Shown here: one piece after another, positions 10,201-20,560 of the stretch
How positions within the stretch are numbered: position 1 is the first letter of the stretch
How the letters are laid out: each line of letters opens with the position of its first letter
The notes under the pieces: model-generated
The model's input: the letters and a program-made list of their open reading frames with translations, nothing else
Told to the model about the DNA's origin: nothing
Database searches by the model: none
Made by a program: the position numbers and the translations under genes
Assembly: GCA_977017575.1 (NCBI GenBank)
Contig: CDRNVI010000069.1
Coordinates: forward strand, 1 to 64,000
DNA length: 64,000 nucleotides
Direction of reading: 5' to 3'
Origin: Paramoeba atlantica
Lineage: Eukaryota; Protista; Discosea

Positions 10201-13200
10201 GGCTTGTTGGTACCGGGAGCAGATCTCCCCGCAGAGCCAGTCAAAGGCTTTTTGGTCCAGACGATATTCTTTAATGACTCGACGGGAGTTTAAGTAGCCG
10301 TACAGTGCCATACGGAAGGTACACAGCGCGGTATCCAGCCGTAGTCGGGTCCATTTGTTGTGTCGGCCTCGGTTTCGGGTCGGAAGAAACCTTTCTACGG
10401 TATTCAGCACCTCCCCGATGGCTTGAATCACGTGCAGCGGATTCAGCGCGCTTCGCTGGCTGGGACGTTTTCCAACATCAAATCGTTCCTGCGCGAGCTG
10501 GATGAGTCGAGGAAAGTGTACCGCGAGACCAAAGTTCTCTTTTCGAGTGTTACGAAAGAGTGCGCGGAAGGATTCGCGTTGCTGCTTCACGGAGTCGTAC
10601 TCGGTCATCAGGGTGCGGTACTCCGCTGGGTTGTCTCGGAAATACTTGCGTACCCCGGGGGAGAGGTACTCGCCACCAAACCGTGGCAGCACAGTTCCGT
10701 CGTCTGCAATTTCGTAACGGTACACCTCCGCAAAACGAGCGTTTCCCCAGGTTAAAAACGGAAGATCCTGTTTCACCTCTACCTTGGGCCCATCCAAGCC
10801 ATCCTCCCCGTAGGTAAACTGCAGCACGCGGTTTGCGGCGTTTCGTACGGTGCCATCATACCCGACGGTAAGATCCTCACACATTTTTATAATCCGTCTC
10901 TGAATGTAGCCCGTGTCGGCGGTCTTACATGCGGTATCAATCAACCCCTCCCGTCCTGCCATAGCGTGGAAGAAGAAATCTGGGGCTGTAAGACCTCGGA
11001 TGTAGCTGTTTTTAATGTACCCTTTACTCTGGGGTCCGTAGTCATCACGTACAAAGTGGGGAAGCGTTCGACGACGAAACCCAAACTGGATGCGTTTGCC
11101 CTCACAATTTTGTTGCCCGACAATGGCGCCGATTTGGGAAATGTTCATTTCGTTTCCTTTACTGCCGGCCTTGTACATGCACTTGAAGCCGTTGTTGTCG
11201 CGATAGCCGTCGACAATCTTCTTACCCGCCTCGGTGCGACATTGACTTAGTACCGTGTTCACTTCCGTTTCAAACGCCTCAAGAAGCGTTTTGCCTCGCT
11301 TATCCGAAAAAGTATTATCCAGGGCGTTCTGGCAAATCTTTCTCACTTTTCCCTCCGTTTCGCGGAGTAAGTGGTCCACGTCACGCACACTTGCCTCCGT
11401 TGGGACGGAATCTTTAATCCCGACGCTAAAACTGTGATGAATGAGAAAATATGCCGTGATACGTTGTACAGCATTCATAAAGTCCTTACACGCGTCCGTG
11501 CCCTCGAGATTGACAATCACGTGAATCAGCGAGTTGAGCAGATTTCCCACAATCTTTTTTACCACAACCCCATGCAAAAGCTCCCCATGACGAATCAACA
11601 CCGAGAGATCACGAGGGGCCATCAGCGCTCCGTGTGCCGTTGTATCGGGGACATCATTTCCATCCTTCTCATGGGTTTCCAGCGACACCTTCGGCAAGGC
11701 CATTGTGAACGCCTGCTTGCCTGTCCACAACGGTTTAGGCTTTACAATCGCGGGACACACCAGCGAGCTCCACCCCTCCACCCACATACACATACTTTGG
11801 AACGTAAATTTATCCAGAAACGTGTTTCGTCGGGTTAACAAATACACCCCCGCGAGACTATCCTGCACGATCCCCATCACCGGGTACGCCTTCCCTGGAC
11901 TAATAAAATTCCGCGGCACCATCATAAACTCCATCAACTCCCCTTTCGTCAGCAAACTCTGCGGGAGATGCAAATTCATCTCATCCCCATCAAAATCCGC
12001 ATTATACGGCGTCGTGGTGGACAAATTCAACCGAAACGTGTTAAACGGCAACACCCGGGCCCTATGCCCCATCATCGACATCCGATGCAGCGTGGGCTGC
12101 CGATTAAACAACACCACATCCCCATCCCGCATATGCCGCTCCACAATCGACCCCACCGTCAGCACCACCTTGTTCAACCTCTCCGGGTTCATCTCCTTCA
12201 ACCCCAGCCGCTCCCCATTCGCTTGCAACACAAAATTCGCCCCGGGGTAGCGATGAGGGCCTCTTCGTACCAGCTCCGTAAGCCCCTCCCGGTTGTACCC
12301 CGTCACCCTCTCCGGGAAGCTCACGGTCATGGCCACACTCCGGGGGACCCCCACCTCATCGACCTCCACGTTCGGGTCTCCCGTAATCACCGTTCGCGCA
12401 CAGAACTCCACACGCTTTCCCATTAGGTGTTGCCGCACTCTGCCGTACTTCCCTTTGAGTCGCTCTGCTACGGACTTCAGCGCTCGGCCCTGGCGACTGG
12501 TGACTTTTTGTTTACGAAAGAGTGTCGTTGTGTTGTTGACATAACAGGAGAGATTCAACTGGAGAGCGGCTCGTGTGGCCGCGATCTCGTGCTGCAGCCC
12601 GGACTCGAGTTTGTGAGATAAGTCTTTGTTGAGTCGGATAATGGCTAAGAGGATATGGGTGAGATCATCCTCGGAGGGGAGAGCGGCGGTTGCGCTGTTG
12701 AAGGCGACGGAGGGACGGAGGTGGAGAGGGGGGACGGGGAAGATTTCGAGGAGGAGGTCACAGGGGTGGGAGGTTGAGGTTGGGGCATGTTGTGGGTTTG
12801 GTTTTTGTGGTTTCGTGTTTTGTGTTTTCGTATGGCTCTGTTCCTCCCGGAGATTACGGAAACGGGAGGGGGAGAAACCGAGAAAGGCCCAATGGGCGGG
12901 GTTGACTTTTTCGAAGAGACGAAGGACGTCATGGGCGGTCCATTGGGTGATCTCGGTGGAGGTGCCGTGTTCGGTGAGGAGATCAAACAGGAGAGTGCCT
13001 TCGGTACGACGAAGACGGGGTTGTTTCATGTTACAGCCCAGGGGGTGGTCGTTGTCTTCGTTGTCGTCGTTTTCGTTTTCGTGGTGGGGGTCTGTGGTGT
13101 AAGGGCGCGTAGATTTTGTGGTTTGACATGTGGTGCGACAAATTTGGGATAACGCTCGAAGACGGAAACGGGTGATGGAGATGGCATTGGCGCTGGGGTA

Positions 13201-13593
13201 GTCGGGATGGGTGGTGTCGATTAAACTTTGTCCACAACTTTTGCATATGGTTTTTAAGAGTAAAGTAACGACACGGAAGTAGCACAGGTTGAACATGGGC
13301 TCCGCAAGTTCAATGTGACCGAAATGGCCGGGGCACATGGGGTATTTCTGCGTGCACGTCTCACAAATGACAAAAGGGCTAAAACTCCCAAGCCGAGGGT
13401 CACTGGTGCCATTTAACAGCGGAATACCGTTTTTTACGGGAATCGTCTCACACACACCTCTGCGAATCGCGTCTTTGTTTTGCGTAACACTGAAAGTTTG
13501 CATCGTGGCCTTGTCCATGGCACATAACTCGATCGAGCGTACCTTTTTGAGCTCACGGTCCAGCGGAGGAAGATAATAATTCGCGCCCGCCAT
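7294..13593 (-). CDS. RPB1: RNA polymerase II largest subunit
   Basis: 2099 aa, intronless. Catalytic YNADFDGDEMN, zinc-site CPGHFGHIEL, GKRVEFCARTVITGDP, bridge helix GREGLIDTACKTADTGY, TQMTLNTFHFAGV. Ser-rich tail with no YSPTSPS repeats. Confidence 0.97.
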   Translation of the reverse strand: MAGANYYLPPLDRELKKVRSIELCAMDKATMQTFSVTQNKDAIRRGVCETIPVKNGIPLLNGTSDPRLGSFSPFVICETCTQKYPMCPGHFGHIELAEPMFNLCYFRVVTLLLKTICKSCGQSLIDTTHPDYPSANAISITRFRLRALSQICRTTCQTTKSTRPYTTDPHHENENDDNEDNDHPLGCNMKQPRLRRTEGTLLFDLLTEHGTSTEITQWTAHDVLRLFEKVNPAHWAFLGFSPSRFRNLREEQSHTKTQNTKPQKPNPQHAPTSTSHPCDLLLEIFPVPPLHLRPSVAFNSATAALPSEDDLTHILLAIIRLNKDLSHKLESGLQHEIAATRAALQLNLSCYVNNTTTLFRKQKVTSRQGRALKSVAERLKGKYGRVRQHLMGKRVEFCARTVITGDPNVEVDEVGVPRSVAMTVSFPERVTGYNREGLTELVRRGPHRYPGANFVLQANGERLGLKEMNPERLNKVVLTVGSIVERHMRDGDVVLFNRQPTLHRMSMMGHRARVLPFNTFRLNLSTTTPYNADFDGDEMNLHLPQSLLTKGELMEFMMVPRNFISPGKAYPVMGIVQDSLAGVYLLTRRNTFLDKFTFQSMCMWVEGWSSLVCPAIVKPKPLWTGKQAFTMALPKVSLETHEKDGNDVPDTTAHGALMAPRDLSVLIRHGELLHGVVVKKIVGNLLNSLIHVIVNLEGTDACKDFMNAVQRITAYFLIHHSFSVGIKDSVPTEASVRDVDHLLRETEGKVRKICQNALDNTFSDKRGKTLLEAFETEVNTVLSQCRTEAGKKIVDGYRDNNGFKCMYKAGSKGNEMNISQIGAIVGQQNCEGKRIQFGFRRRTLPHFVRDDYGPQSKGYIKNSYIRGLTAPDFFFHAMAGREGLIDTACKTADTGYIQRRIIKMCEDLTVGYDGTVRNAANRVLQFTYGEDGLDGPKVEVKQDLPFLTWGNARFAEVYRYEIADDGTVLPRFGGEYLSPGVRKYFRDNPAEYRTLMTEYDSVKQQRESFRALFRNTRKENFGLAVHFPRLIQLAQERFDVGKRPSQRSALNPLHVIQAIGEVLNTVERFLPTRNRGRHNKWTRLRLDTALCTFRMALYGYLNSRRVIKEYRLDQKAFDWLCGEICSRYQQALVHPGEMVGAIAAQSCGEPATQMTLNTFHFAGVASKNVTLGVPRLKELINCTRNPKVSNMSIFLTPEFAGTKEGALHALSQIEHKTLYDLVQTVEIHYDPDPAETVVEADHDFVARWWDLEFHPPERQAEMVRIREHASRFVMRLLLDPTTMHLMRLSPEEMGEALRAVEDKWHYEASDPNAAVPVLRIRLEDESDLHKQAEQAYEAGEPFHVQDTVELYRKTFPELLRRVRLSGVPGVTKSFITEREKYFVLDPHSGEYVEKKEFFVETEGSNLLQVLGLPIVDATRTLTNHITEVFQVLGIEAVMQVLCKEMLAVYEKYGVDVNHRHFLMLAEIMTGRGHLTPLTRQGMAKTDSGPLMRATYEQQLEVLMEGAAHGEVDEIAGVSSNIMLGQPIKGGTGAFDVLLHEGVIQSGTTQEQAVRARGVEGVYHSPGAYSGFTSTAREGSSASGGVSHPTPFLDQPIARGMPPGSASEWGMGDAAGNTRQASQSLRSGSSQSAMGHGHSSVLSLPVPGLVSPALSAGGFGLVSPALSSGLVSSTGSSATPMAQTSAYGLNLGYGAAGSRAGSVGLMSETGVENFPPPPSGVSSGEGDTRSVSSVPSSSYVPPMLSSTGANSSVASSPMPTATARGVMPIPGVFQRAEKGDKRTAPVPSVWATPTGPVPSPSSSKISSEREESLEGSTGFTTLSTHSSAFRDASGLRSSVSNLRSSSHATDSSSSSAPRAAAGMELRTYQPSSGISDSSRNSPSTDRFSETAPFFGAPDSPRSHGDSKNPEPSFLSFSRTEEGDETGDNKKGTSLSNLQSITDGVEGVLSMLYTPTTTEGETTGLPSSSHGLSPLYDPFQSLQQKATRETGTQPSTSFSHLPSDTELTPSVVERVEEGETERSPSLGLSSTRATSSYAPYEPYEANRVVEAYEGRGAEEKETKNSNHAGGKGKKKYTRVKVVESSISREGSKSARSREWGE

Positions 13594-13863
13594 TGGGAAA
13601 GGTGAAACGTTTTAAAAGAAAGATATTTAAAAAAAAGAGACGTGTATTTTGGTTTTTGGGAAAAAAATTACCGTCTTTCACAACGCGGCTCATTCTTCTG
13701 TAGTTTTGGTTCTAAATTCTACACTGTATTTCACTGACGTATGTTTTAGGTTCTAAATTCTACACTGTATTTCACAGATATTAGTTCTAAGTACAATGGA
13801 CATGAGAAACGAGCTCTACTGTAAGTCTACTCTCCCATACCGATACTTCGAATTTTACTCAGC

Positions 13864-14316
13864 TTAATATCCTAGTATTTGCTCGCGCATACGCTTTCCC
13901 TTTTCTTCATATACCTTCTTTCTATGTAGAGGAAGCTCACGCCACATCAATCCCGCCTTCTTACCCATCTGTTTAGTACTCATGCTTCGTTTCTGAAGCT
14001 CTGGTCGTACCTCCTTAAAAAACATCAAATAGGGGTTACACTTGGCAAATTGAGAAAGACGTTTCTTTTGTACCTTTGGATCGACGTGTACCTTTAGTTT
14101 ATCCACTTTAGGAAGATGAGCTGCGTTGTACTCAGCGGCTTTTTTCACATACTCCTCACGACATGCCTTTGGCAAGCCTCTGTACATGACTCCCAGTGCT
14201 TTGGCTATTTCGGCTACAGTATAATTTGGGTTTTCCTTCCGTACAATGGCCCGATTATCCTTCAGAAACGCGAAGAAAGCAGAAAGTCTTTGAAGGGTTA
14301 CGCTGCGACACAACAT
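13864..14316 (-). CDS. Tandem HMG-box protein, kinetoplast-associated (KAP)/TFAM-like
   Basis: First ATG at 14316 gives 150 aa. Two HMG boxes (SAFFAFLKDNR..NP..TVAEIAKALGVMY; NPYLMFFKEVRP...MGKKAGLMWREL). The N-terminus MLCRSVTLQR resembles short kinetoplastid mitochondrial presequences. Confidence 0.7.
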   Translation of the reverse strand: MLCRSVTLQRLSAFFAFLKDNRAIVRKENPNYTVAEIAKALGVMYRGLPKACREEYVKKAAEYNAAHLPKVDKLKVHVDPKVQKKRLSQFAKCNPYLMFFKEVRPELQKRSMSTKQMGKKAGLMWRELPLHRKKVYEEKGKRMREQILGY

Positions 14317-14634
14317 AAACAGGACGAAAAGAGAAAAAAGGTTTCGAATTACTAAACCCAACTTGAAGAAAAAAGACCCAGAATAAGATCCATGATATCA
14401 TCCTAAGAAGCTTTATGATATCACCATAAGAAAGATCTCAGATCAAGAGGTAGACTCTTATCTCGCATTTCACATTTTTGTTTAAAATCGAAATGGTTAT
14501 TGCTTCTTTCGAAGCCTACCCATACCCTCCTTCGTCCTATGGCGCAAACCATTCACAAAAAAATTACGTTTCTTCCCTCGAGAAGGCGATACTCTAAAAA
14601 AAGGGAACCTCTCAGATAACACCCCCCCCCTCAA

Positions 14635-15927
14635 TCATTTTTGATCCAAGACTTGCACCGTCCCCAGCGGAGGGGCCACCTGGAGTACGGGGATGTACTG
14701 CAACACGGTCTGTCCCTCCTCTACGAACGGGAGGAGTCGAAGACAGCCCGCGACCAGAACCGTGCTCCCCTCTGTGAGCCCGGAGTGACTCAGGTACTCG
14801 GAGGCAAACCCCAGGGAGCCGTCCAGGCACAACACGTATAACACCTCATCGGCCTCCTCAAGTGCATCCGAAGAGGGAGAGAGGCAGGGAGAGGAAGGAG
14901 AAGTAAAAGTAGGCAAAGAAGAAGAAAAAGAAGAAGAAGCGTTCCGCAGGCGAATCGAGAAAAACCCTACACGGCTCTCGAAATAGTATCCCATGCCCAG
15001 TGGGGCGACACAGGACGCAATAAACACCGAAAAACTTCCACTCGCGGCGGTAAGATGAATGATGGCACTTTCCGGCACCGAGGGGTGTCGGGGTATCGGG
15101 TAGGGTAACAAGGGACGACAAAACGGGTGGGGTAACACCTCCACCTCAGGCTTGCTCTGTTTTGGTGTCTCCCCGGAGGCGACCTGGCTACGTATCGTAT
15201 CTTCCCCTCCCGTACTTGAGGAAGGGGATGCCCGTAACAGCTCCTCAAAGCTTTTCGGGGCTACGACTACATCTTTGCGTCGTTGCGTCGTGCGGGAGGG
15301 GGAACCCGAAACCTCCCCCTCCATGGGTACATCTCGTTTTTCTGACCCATGTGCCACCCCCCTATGCACGTTCAGCGCATCCTGAAACCGAAAGGATTTC
15401 CCACACACCTCACACGTGTACCGCAGCTCCGAGGCCGGAACCGTCTCTTTTACCCCCTGTCCCTGAGAGGTAAAGATATTAAACGGAACCCCTTGAACGG
15501 TTTTCTCAGAGCTAACCTCGGATAAAAAACCTTCTCCCGGTTTTATCCCCTCCTCAAGAGAAGAAGAAGAAGAAGAAGAAGACGAAGAAAAAGGAGAAGA
15601 ACTCGTAAACAAGTTTGAACTCGAATACGAGGGTGTACTTCCCCCTATCCCACCCCCTTGTGGTACGGTCGTGGACATGGTGGTATGACCACTACTCGGA
15701 CCACCCCCGGGCTGTCCGCTGCCCCCTCCCGCCCCCACGGCCCCCATCTTCGCGAGCTCCCCGGTCGCGGTGACCACGAGCCCGTGCTTCGTGTTCGCGT
15801 GGTGCTGGAGCTGCACGATGGAGCGGAAGGAGCGGCGGCAGAGCGCGCAGACGTGGGCGCGCTCCCCGGTGGTGGGGACGACCGCGAGGGGGTCGGACCC
15901 GAGGGGGTACTCCCGGCTGCCGAGCAT
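14635..15927 (-). CDS. Two C2H2 zinc fingers plus C-terminal OB-like domain; KREPA1-3-like editosome protein (start uncertain, frame open to 17631)
   Basis: CALCRRSFRSIVQLQHHANTKH and CEVCGKSFRFQDALNVHRGVAH (Cx2Cx12Hx4H), then an SSB/OB-like end (EGSTVLVAGCLRL..IPVLQV). ATG at 15927 gives 430 aa; the upstream frame is repeat-derived. Confidence 0.6.
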   Translation of the reverse strand: MLGSREYPLGSDPLAVVPTTGERAHVCALCRRSFRSIVQLQHHANTKHGLVVTATGELAKMGAVGAGGGSGQPGGGPSSGHTTMSTTVPQGGGIGGSTPSYSSSNLFTSSSPFSSSSSSSSSSLEEGIKPGEGFLSEVSSEKTVQGVPFNIFTSQGQGVKETVPASELRYTCEVCGKSFRFQDALNVHRGVAHGSEKRDVPMEGEVSGSPSRTTQRRKDVVVAPKSFEELLRASPSSSTGGEDTIRSQVASGETPKQSKPEVEVLPHPFCRPLLPYPIPRHPSVPESAIIHLTAASGSFSVFIASCVAPLGMGYYFESRVGFFSIRLRNASSSFSSSLPTFTSPSSPCLSPSSDALEEADEVLYVLCLDGSLGFASEYLSHSGLTEGSTVLVAGCLRLLPFVEEGQTVLQYIPVLQVAPPLGTVQVLDQK

Positions 15928-16019
15928 CCCGGGCAGCGCGGGGGAGGGGGGAGGGGGGAGGGTGTCGGAGGAGAGGGCGCGCAGGGCGTGGGAGAGGAGG
16001 GAGGGGGAGGGCGGAGAAT

Positions 16020-17000
16020 ACGAAGAAGAAGAAAAAGAACCCCCTGCTCCCCTTATTCCTCCATGGTGTTTCGCGGTGTTGGGGGAAGAGGGAGAAAGGA
16101 TAGAGGGAGAAGAAAAAAAAGAAAAGGATCCTCTTGTTCTCCTTGTTCCTCTACCTCTATGTTGTTTCGCGGTGTTGGAGGAAGAGGGAGAAAGGGTAGA
16201 GGGAGAAGAAAAAAAAGAAAAAGATCCTCTTGTTCTCCTTGTTCCTCTACCTCTATGTTGTTTTGTGGTGTTGGGGGAAGAGGGAGAAAGGGTAGAGGGA
16301 GAAGAAAAAAAGGAAAAAGATCCTCTTGTTCTCCTTATTCCTCTACCTCTATGTTGTTTCGCGGTGTTGGAGGAAGAGGGAGAAAGGGTAGAGGGAGAAG
16401 AAAAAAAAGAAAAGGATCCTCTTGTTCTCCTTGTTCCTCTACTTCTATGTTGTTTCGTGGTGTTGGGGGAAGAGGGAGAAAGGGTAGAGGGAGAAGAAAG
16501 AAAAGAAAAAGATCCTCTTGTTCTCCTTATTCCTCTACCTCTATGTTGTTTCGTGGTGTTGGGGGAAGAGGGAGAAAGGGTAGAGGGAGAAGAAAAAAAA
16601 GAAAAGGATCCTCTTGTTCTCCTTGTTCCTCTACCTCTATGTTGTTTTGTGGTGTTGGAGGAAGAGGAAGAAAGGGTAGAGGGAGAAGAAAGAAAAGAAA
16701 AAGATCCTCTTGTTCTCCTTATTCCTCTACCTCTATGTTGTTTCGTGGTGCTGGAGGAATAGGGAGAAAGGGTAGAGGAAGGAGAAAAAGGAGAGGAAAA
16801 GGGAGAAGAAGAGGAGTAGTCGGTTGTTTTCCCTTTTCCTCTACCTCTATGTTGTTTCGTGGTGTTGAGGGAAGGGGTAGAAACGGTAGAGGAAGGAGAA
16901 AAAGGAGAGGAAAAAGGGGAAGAAGGAGAAGAAGGGGAGTAGTGTGTCGTTGTGCTTTTTTCTCTATGTTGTTGTTTCGTCGTGTTGGAGGAAGAGGAAG
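16020..17000. repeat. 96-bp minisatellite, 7 near-perfect plus several degenerate copies
   Basis: GAAAA(A/G)GATCCTCTTG recurs at 16121, 16217, 16313, 16409, 16505, 16601 and 16697. Confidence 0.95.
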
Positions 17001-17889
17001 AAAATGTACTGTAAAAAACAGTAGAGTATGAAAAAATAGAGGAAGAAGAAAAAATAGAGTACGAAGAAGAAAAAGGAGAGTAGGAAAAGGTGAAAGGAAG
17101 GAGAGCGTGTGGGGGACGTACACGTTGCTGTTGTTGCTGTCGTCCATAGGGACGAGTGTAAGAGGCTTTCGTACAGCCCGTAGGGAGATACCCAAGCCCG
17201 ATCCTCACAAGTTCAAGCCTGGGCGAGGTGGAGGGCAGCAGAGCGTGTAGGGGACGTACACGTTGCTGTTGTTCATAAGGACGAGTGAGAGTTCCTCTGT
17301 ACAGACGACTAGGAGTCTTAATATGGGAGTCGTCCAAAAGGGGAATTCCCCTATGAGGAGAGTCCATACTTTGGCGCGCCCCGTTAAGATCGGGGAGTAC
17401 GCGTTGTTGTCTTTCATAGGGACGAGTGTACGAGGTAGGGGGAAGGAGAGTGTGTAGGGGGAGCACCTGTTGTCGTTGTTGTCCATAATAACGAAGGGGA
17501 TCGTGTGAGAGTCGTCCACAGGTGTGGGGAGAGAGGAGGACAGAGGGGGTGGAAAGAGGGGGGAGAGCAGAGGGGAGAGGGAAGGAGAGGTGGGGGAAGG
17601 GGGGAGGCATCGGCTGGGGGTGGGTGGGCAAAAAAGGGGGGGGGATGAAGTGGGTGAAGAGGAGAGGAGGAAAGGAGGGTGCTGCGAAGTTCTTAGTTTG
17701 GAGAGGAAAGGGAGGGACAGATGGGTGGGAAGGTTAAAAAGAGGGGCATGTGGGCCTTTTGGGGCATGAGTGTAGAGGTTGAAAATAAAGAATAAGTGAG
17801 GTAATGTGCAATGGGAATTGAAAAGGAACGTAATGAAATGTGATGTGGCATGAGAATCAATCACGCAAAGAATGTAAACCGGGGGACGG

Positions 17890-18490
17890 AATAATATTAA
17901 GTTGTTGAAACTTAATAATAACTTGACAACTTAATAGTAACCTGTCAAACTTAATAATAACTTGTCAACGTTTTGAAACTTAATATTAACTTGTCGGAGG
18001 GTTATTATTAAGTTTTTGATGACTTTTAAGGTGACGCGTATCACTTGATAGTGTGTAGGCAGTCGCTGGAGTTTGCTAGCTGTAGCTTGCAGTAAGTGGC
18101 AATCGATGAGAGCCTCTGGCTGTCACTGGGGGTCAGAACTATTAGAAACCGATGTCGCTTCTTTCGCTCTACCGTATCTAGCATAGCATTAGCAAAATTG
18201 CTTACGCATGAACGGTTAACCGTTTTGCTTCATAGCACTACATGCGCACCGTTTTTCCTTTTGGCCAAAATCTGCCCTATACATTCAATAAAACTACAAA
18301 TTCTGGGCCAGAACATCTCATTGCTCCGTGGAAAAACACAAACTTAATAATAACTTGACAACTTAATAATAACTTGTCCAGCTTAATGATAAGCTGTCTA
18401 GCTTAATAATAACTTGTCTAACTTAATAATAAACCGCAACTTAAAAATAAACCGCAACTTAATAATAAACCGCATCTTAATAATCCCCCG
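17890..18490. repeat. Two clusters of short AACTTAATAATAACTTG-type repeats
   Basis: Repeated ~19-20 nt units at about 17905..17995 and 18340..18480, with inverted copies at about 17893 and 18001. Confidence 0.7.
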
Positions 18491-19127
18491 GTATACTGAA
18501 ACCCCTCGGGCACAAAAAACGTCCGATGCAGTAGACAAAAAACTTGTTCACACAGGCTGTGTGAACACAGAAGTGCAAAGTCGGATATTAGGGATTACAA
18601 AAATTCAGGGGCTGCGGATAAAGCCTCGATGAATTGAACCTCTCGAAACCTCGAAACCACGATATACCCCTTGGTGAAACCTCGAGAAACCTCGTCACCC
18701 GCAGCCCTTCATTTGTATTTTCTCTATACAAAAATTAGTTTCGTCCAAAATTTTGAAATACACCCTTTGTTGAAATACAGTGCGCCCAGATAGCAAAGGT
18801 TTTTTTAGTAGTTACCACCGATTTTGGGTACCTACAAAAAAAAAATTTCCCATTTGGGAAAACCGTTTTTTGGGACTTTACCAACTGGGCGCATTACATA
18901 CTCCCCTCATATCCTAGCGTTGCTCGGTTTTGGCAAAAACCGAAAAAGTAAGAAAAAGGAAGAAAATAAGCGTGCAGTGCTTTTTCCTATTCTTTGAAAA
19001 TCTATTTACACTCGCATTGCTGAACACAAAATCAATGCACTCATGAGTGAAAGAGGTTAAACTGAATCAAATTTAGCATTTTTCATATTTTTTGATATTT
19101 CCGATGAATCCTGGCTCTACTTCGAAG

Positions 19128-19424
19128 TTACTCTCTTCCAATACAATGAATTTGCATTTTCAGCATGACATCCCCGCCGTTCCTCTTCAAACTTCCGTTA
19201 CACTTTTCATCAATTGCTCGAACTAGGTCTGATCTTTTCCCTGGATTGCTCCCCAAAATATTTCCTTCACGCTTCAAACGCTTCTTAGCCGTAGAGTTAG
19301 CACATTCAACAGTGTTAGTATGTTCTATGAGCTCTGCCGGGAACAAGCGGCCCCAAAGCACCATACTTATATTTCTCTGCACCATACTTATATATTTCTG
19401 GGCTACCAGCTTGTGGCTTTTCAT
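19128..19424 (-). pseudogene. Merlin transposase C-terminal remnant
   Basis: HTNTVECANSTAKKRL..RAIDEKCNGSLKRNG aligns by eye to HTNTVEGANSMLKRTL..RALAEKCNGSLRVNG of the intact Merlin ORF at 25469. Confidence 0.85.
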
Positions 19425-19741
19425 CCATTAGGCACATTCCTGCTCGGTCCAAAAGTGCAACTTTGCTTAATGTAAGGTCACCCCGACAAGAAAACCCAGC
19501 ACACCTTTGACAAGGCATAACAAAATCACGAAAAATCCAAAAATCAACCTAGTAGAATAAAAAGAAGATTTTTTGGGGGGTAAAAAATAGGAAAAGAAAT
19601 TAATCAAGAAAAAAGCTAAATTTGCTTCAGTTTCACCGTGAAAGACGTCTTTTCCTGCCAAAAAAAGCATTACCCCAAGTAGGAGAGATTCGGCTACTTT
19701 GGCCCGAGACCGATTCTATTACTGGGGGGTATAAAGTAATA

Positions 19742-20560
19742 TTACGTAGAATCAGTAATCATTGTTCCGTAGCGAACAAAGTGAAAAGGATTTAGCTGCT
19801 TCGGTATAAGTTCACGATTGACTGTACCAGTTAGTTTTTCGTTGTCATGCAACCAAAGTGTATGCATGTTGTGGGGGAGAAAATCAAGATTCACCCGTCC
19901 CGAAAACTTGTTATCATACAAAAACAATTTCCCTAAAGTGGAAGGCAAATTCCTCAGATCAGGGATCCCAGTAAAATTATTCTCGCCCATGGAAAGATAT
20001 GTCATGCAAGATGGTAAGTTGCGTAGCTGTACATGACCAGAAAGGTTATTATTAAAAATCGATAATTTCGTCAATGTTTTTGGGAGAACAGAAAGGTCAA
20101 TTGTTCCTTCAAACTTGTTATCACCCAGGAAAAGTTGTTCCATTTGTACAGGTAGGTGCTGAAAAAGTAGCTCACCAGTAAGCGCGTTAAGTGTAACTTC
20201 AAAATCGATTATGCTGTCAGGCAACTTATCAAAAGGAATGTTGCCCGAAATCTTGTTTTCATAACTAGCAAAATTAACTATCGTTTGAGGGATAAATTCC
20301 CACAGGAAAAAACCACTTAAATGATGTTCTCCCCAACCGATTTCAACAATTTCTTGTCGATCGTTGCATACAACACCAGGCCACGCACACGCAGGAGTAG
20401 AAGTATTCCACCCTTGAAATAAAGACCGTTCGGACTCATTTGTAGAGTCAAAGGCAATGTTTTGAGTAAATCTTGCAAGCTCATATTCCTGAGGGAGAGT
20501 CACCCATGTAACTTTAGAAGCACGTGCACGCTGCAATGGATACGACAAAGTCGTATTCAT
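19742..20560 (-). CDS. Small LRR protein with plant-type cap (family member)
   Basis: 272 aa. RASKV..LPQEYELARF, cap WNTSTPACAWPGVVC, then LPxxLxxLxLxxNxFSG repeats. Confidence 0.85.
   Translation of the reverse strand: MNTTLSYPLQRARASKVTWVTLPQEYELARFTQNIAFDSTNESERSLFQGWNTSTPACAWPGVVCNDRQEIVEIGWGEHHLSGFFLWEFIPQTIVNFASYENKISGNIPFDKLPDSIIDFEVTLNALTGELLFQHLPVQMEQLFLGDNKFEGTIDLSVLPKTLTKLSIFNNNLSGHVQLRNLPSCMTYLSMGENNFTGIPDLRNLPSTLGKLFLYDNKFSGRVNLDFLPHNMHTLWLHDNEKLTGTVNRELIPKQLNPFHFVRYGTMITDST

Noticed and set aside
7132-13576. Many plus-strand ORFs opposite RPB1, and likewise opposite the large LRR, PCIF1 and release-factor genes
   Set aside because: Antisense shadows of GC-rich coding sequence, with no motifs.
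13708-13775. 27-bp direct repeat upstream of RPB1
   Set aside because: A simple local duplication; no evidence of function can be read from the sequence.
17878-18495. Possible MITE bounded by ACCGGGGGA / TCCCCCGGT
   Set aside because: Only a 9-bp inverted match, and no TA on the left side.
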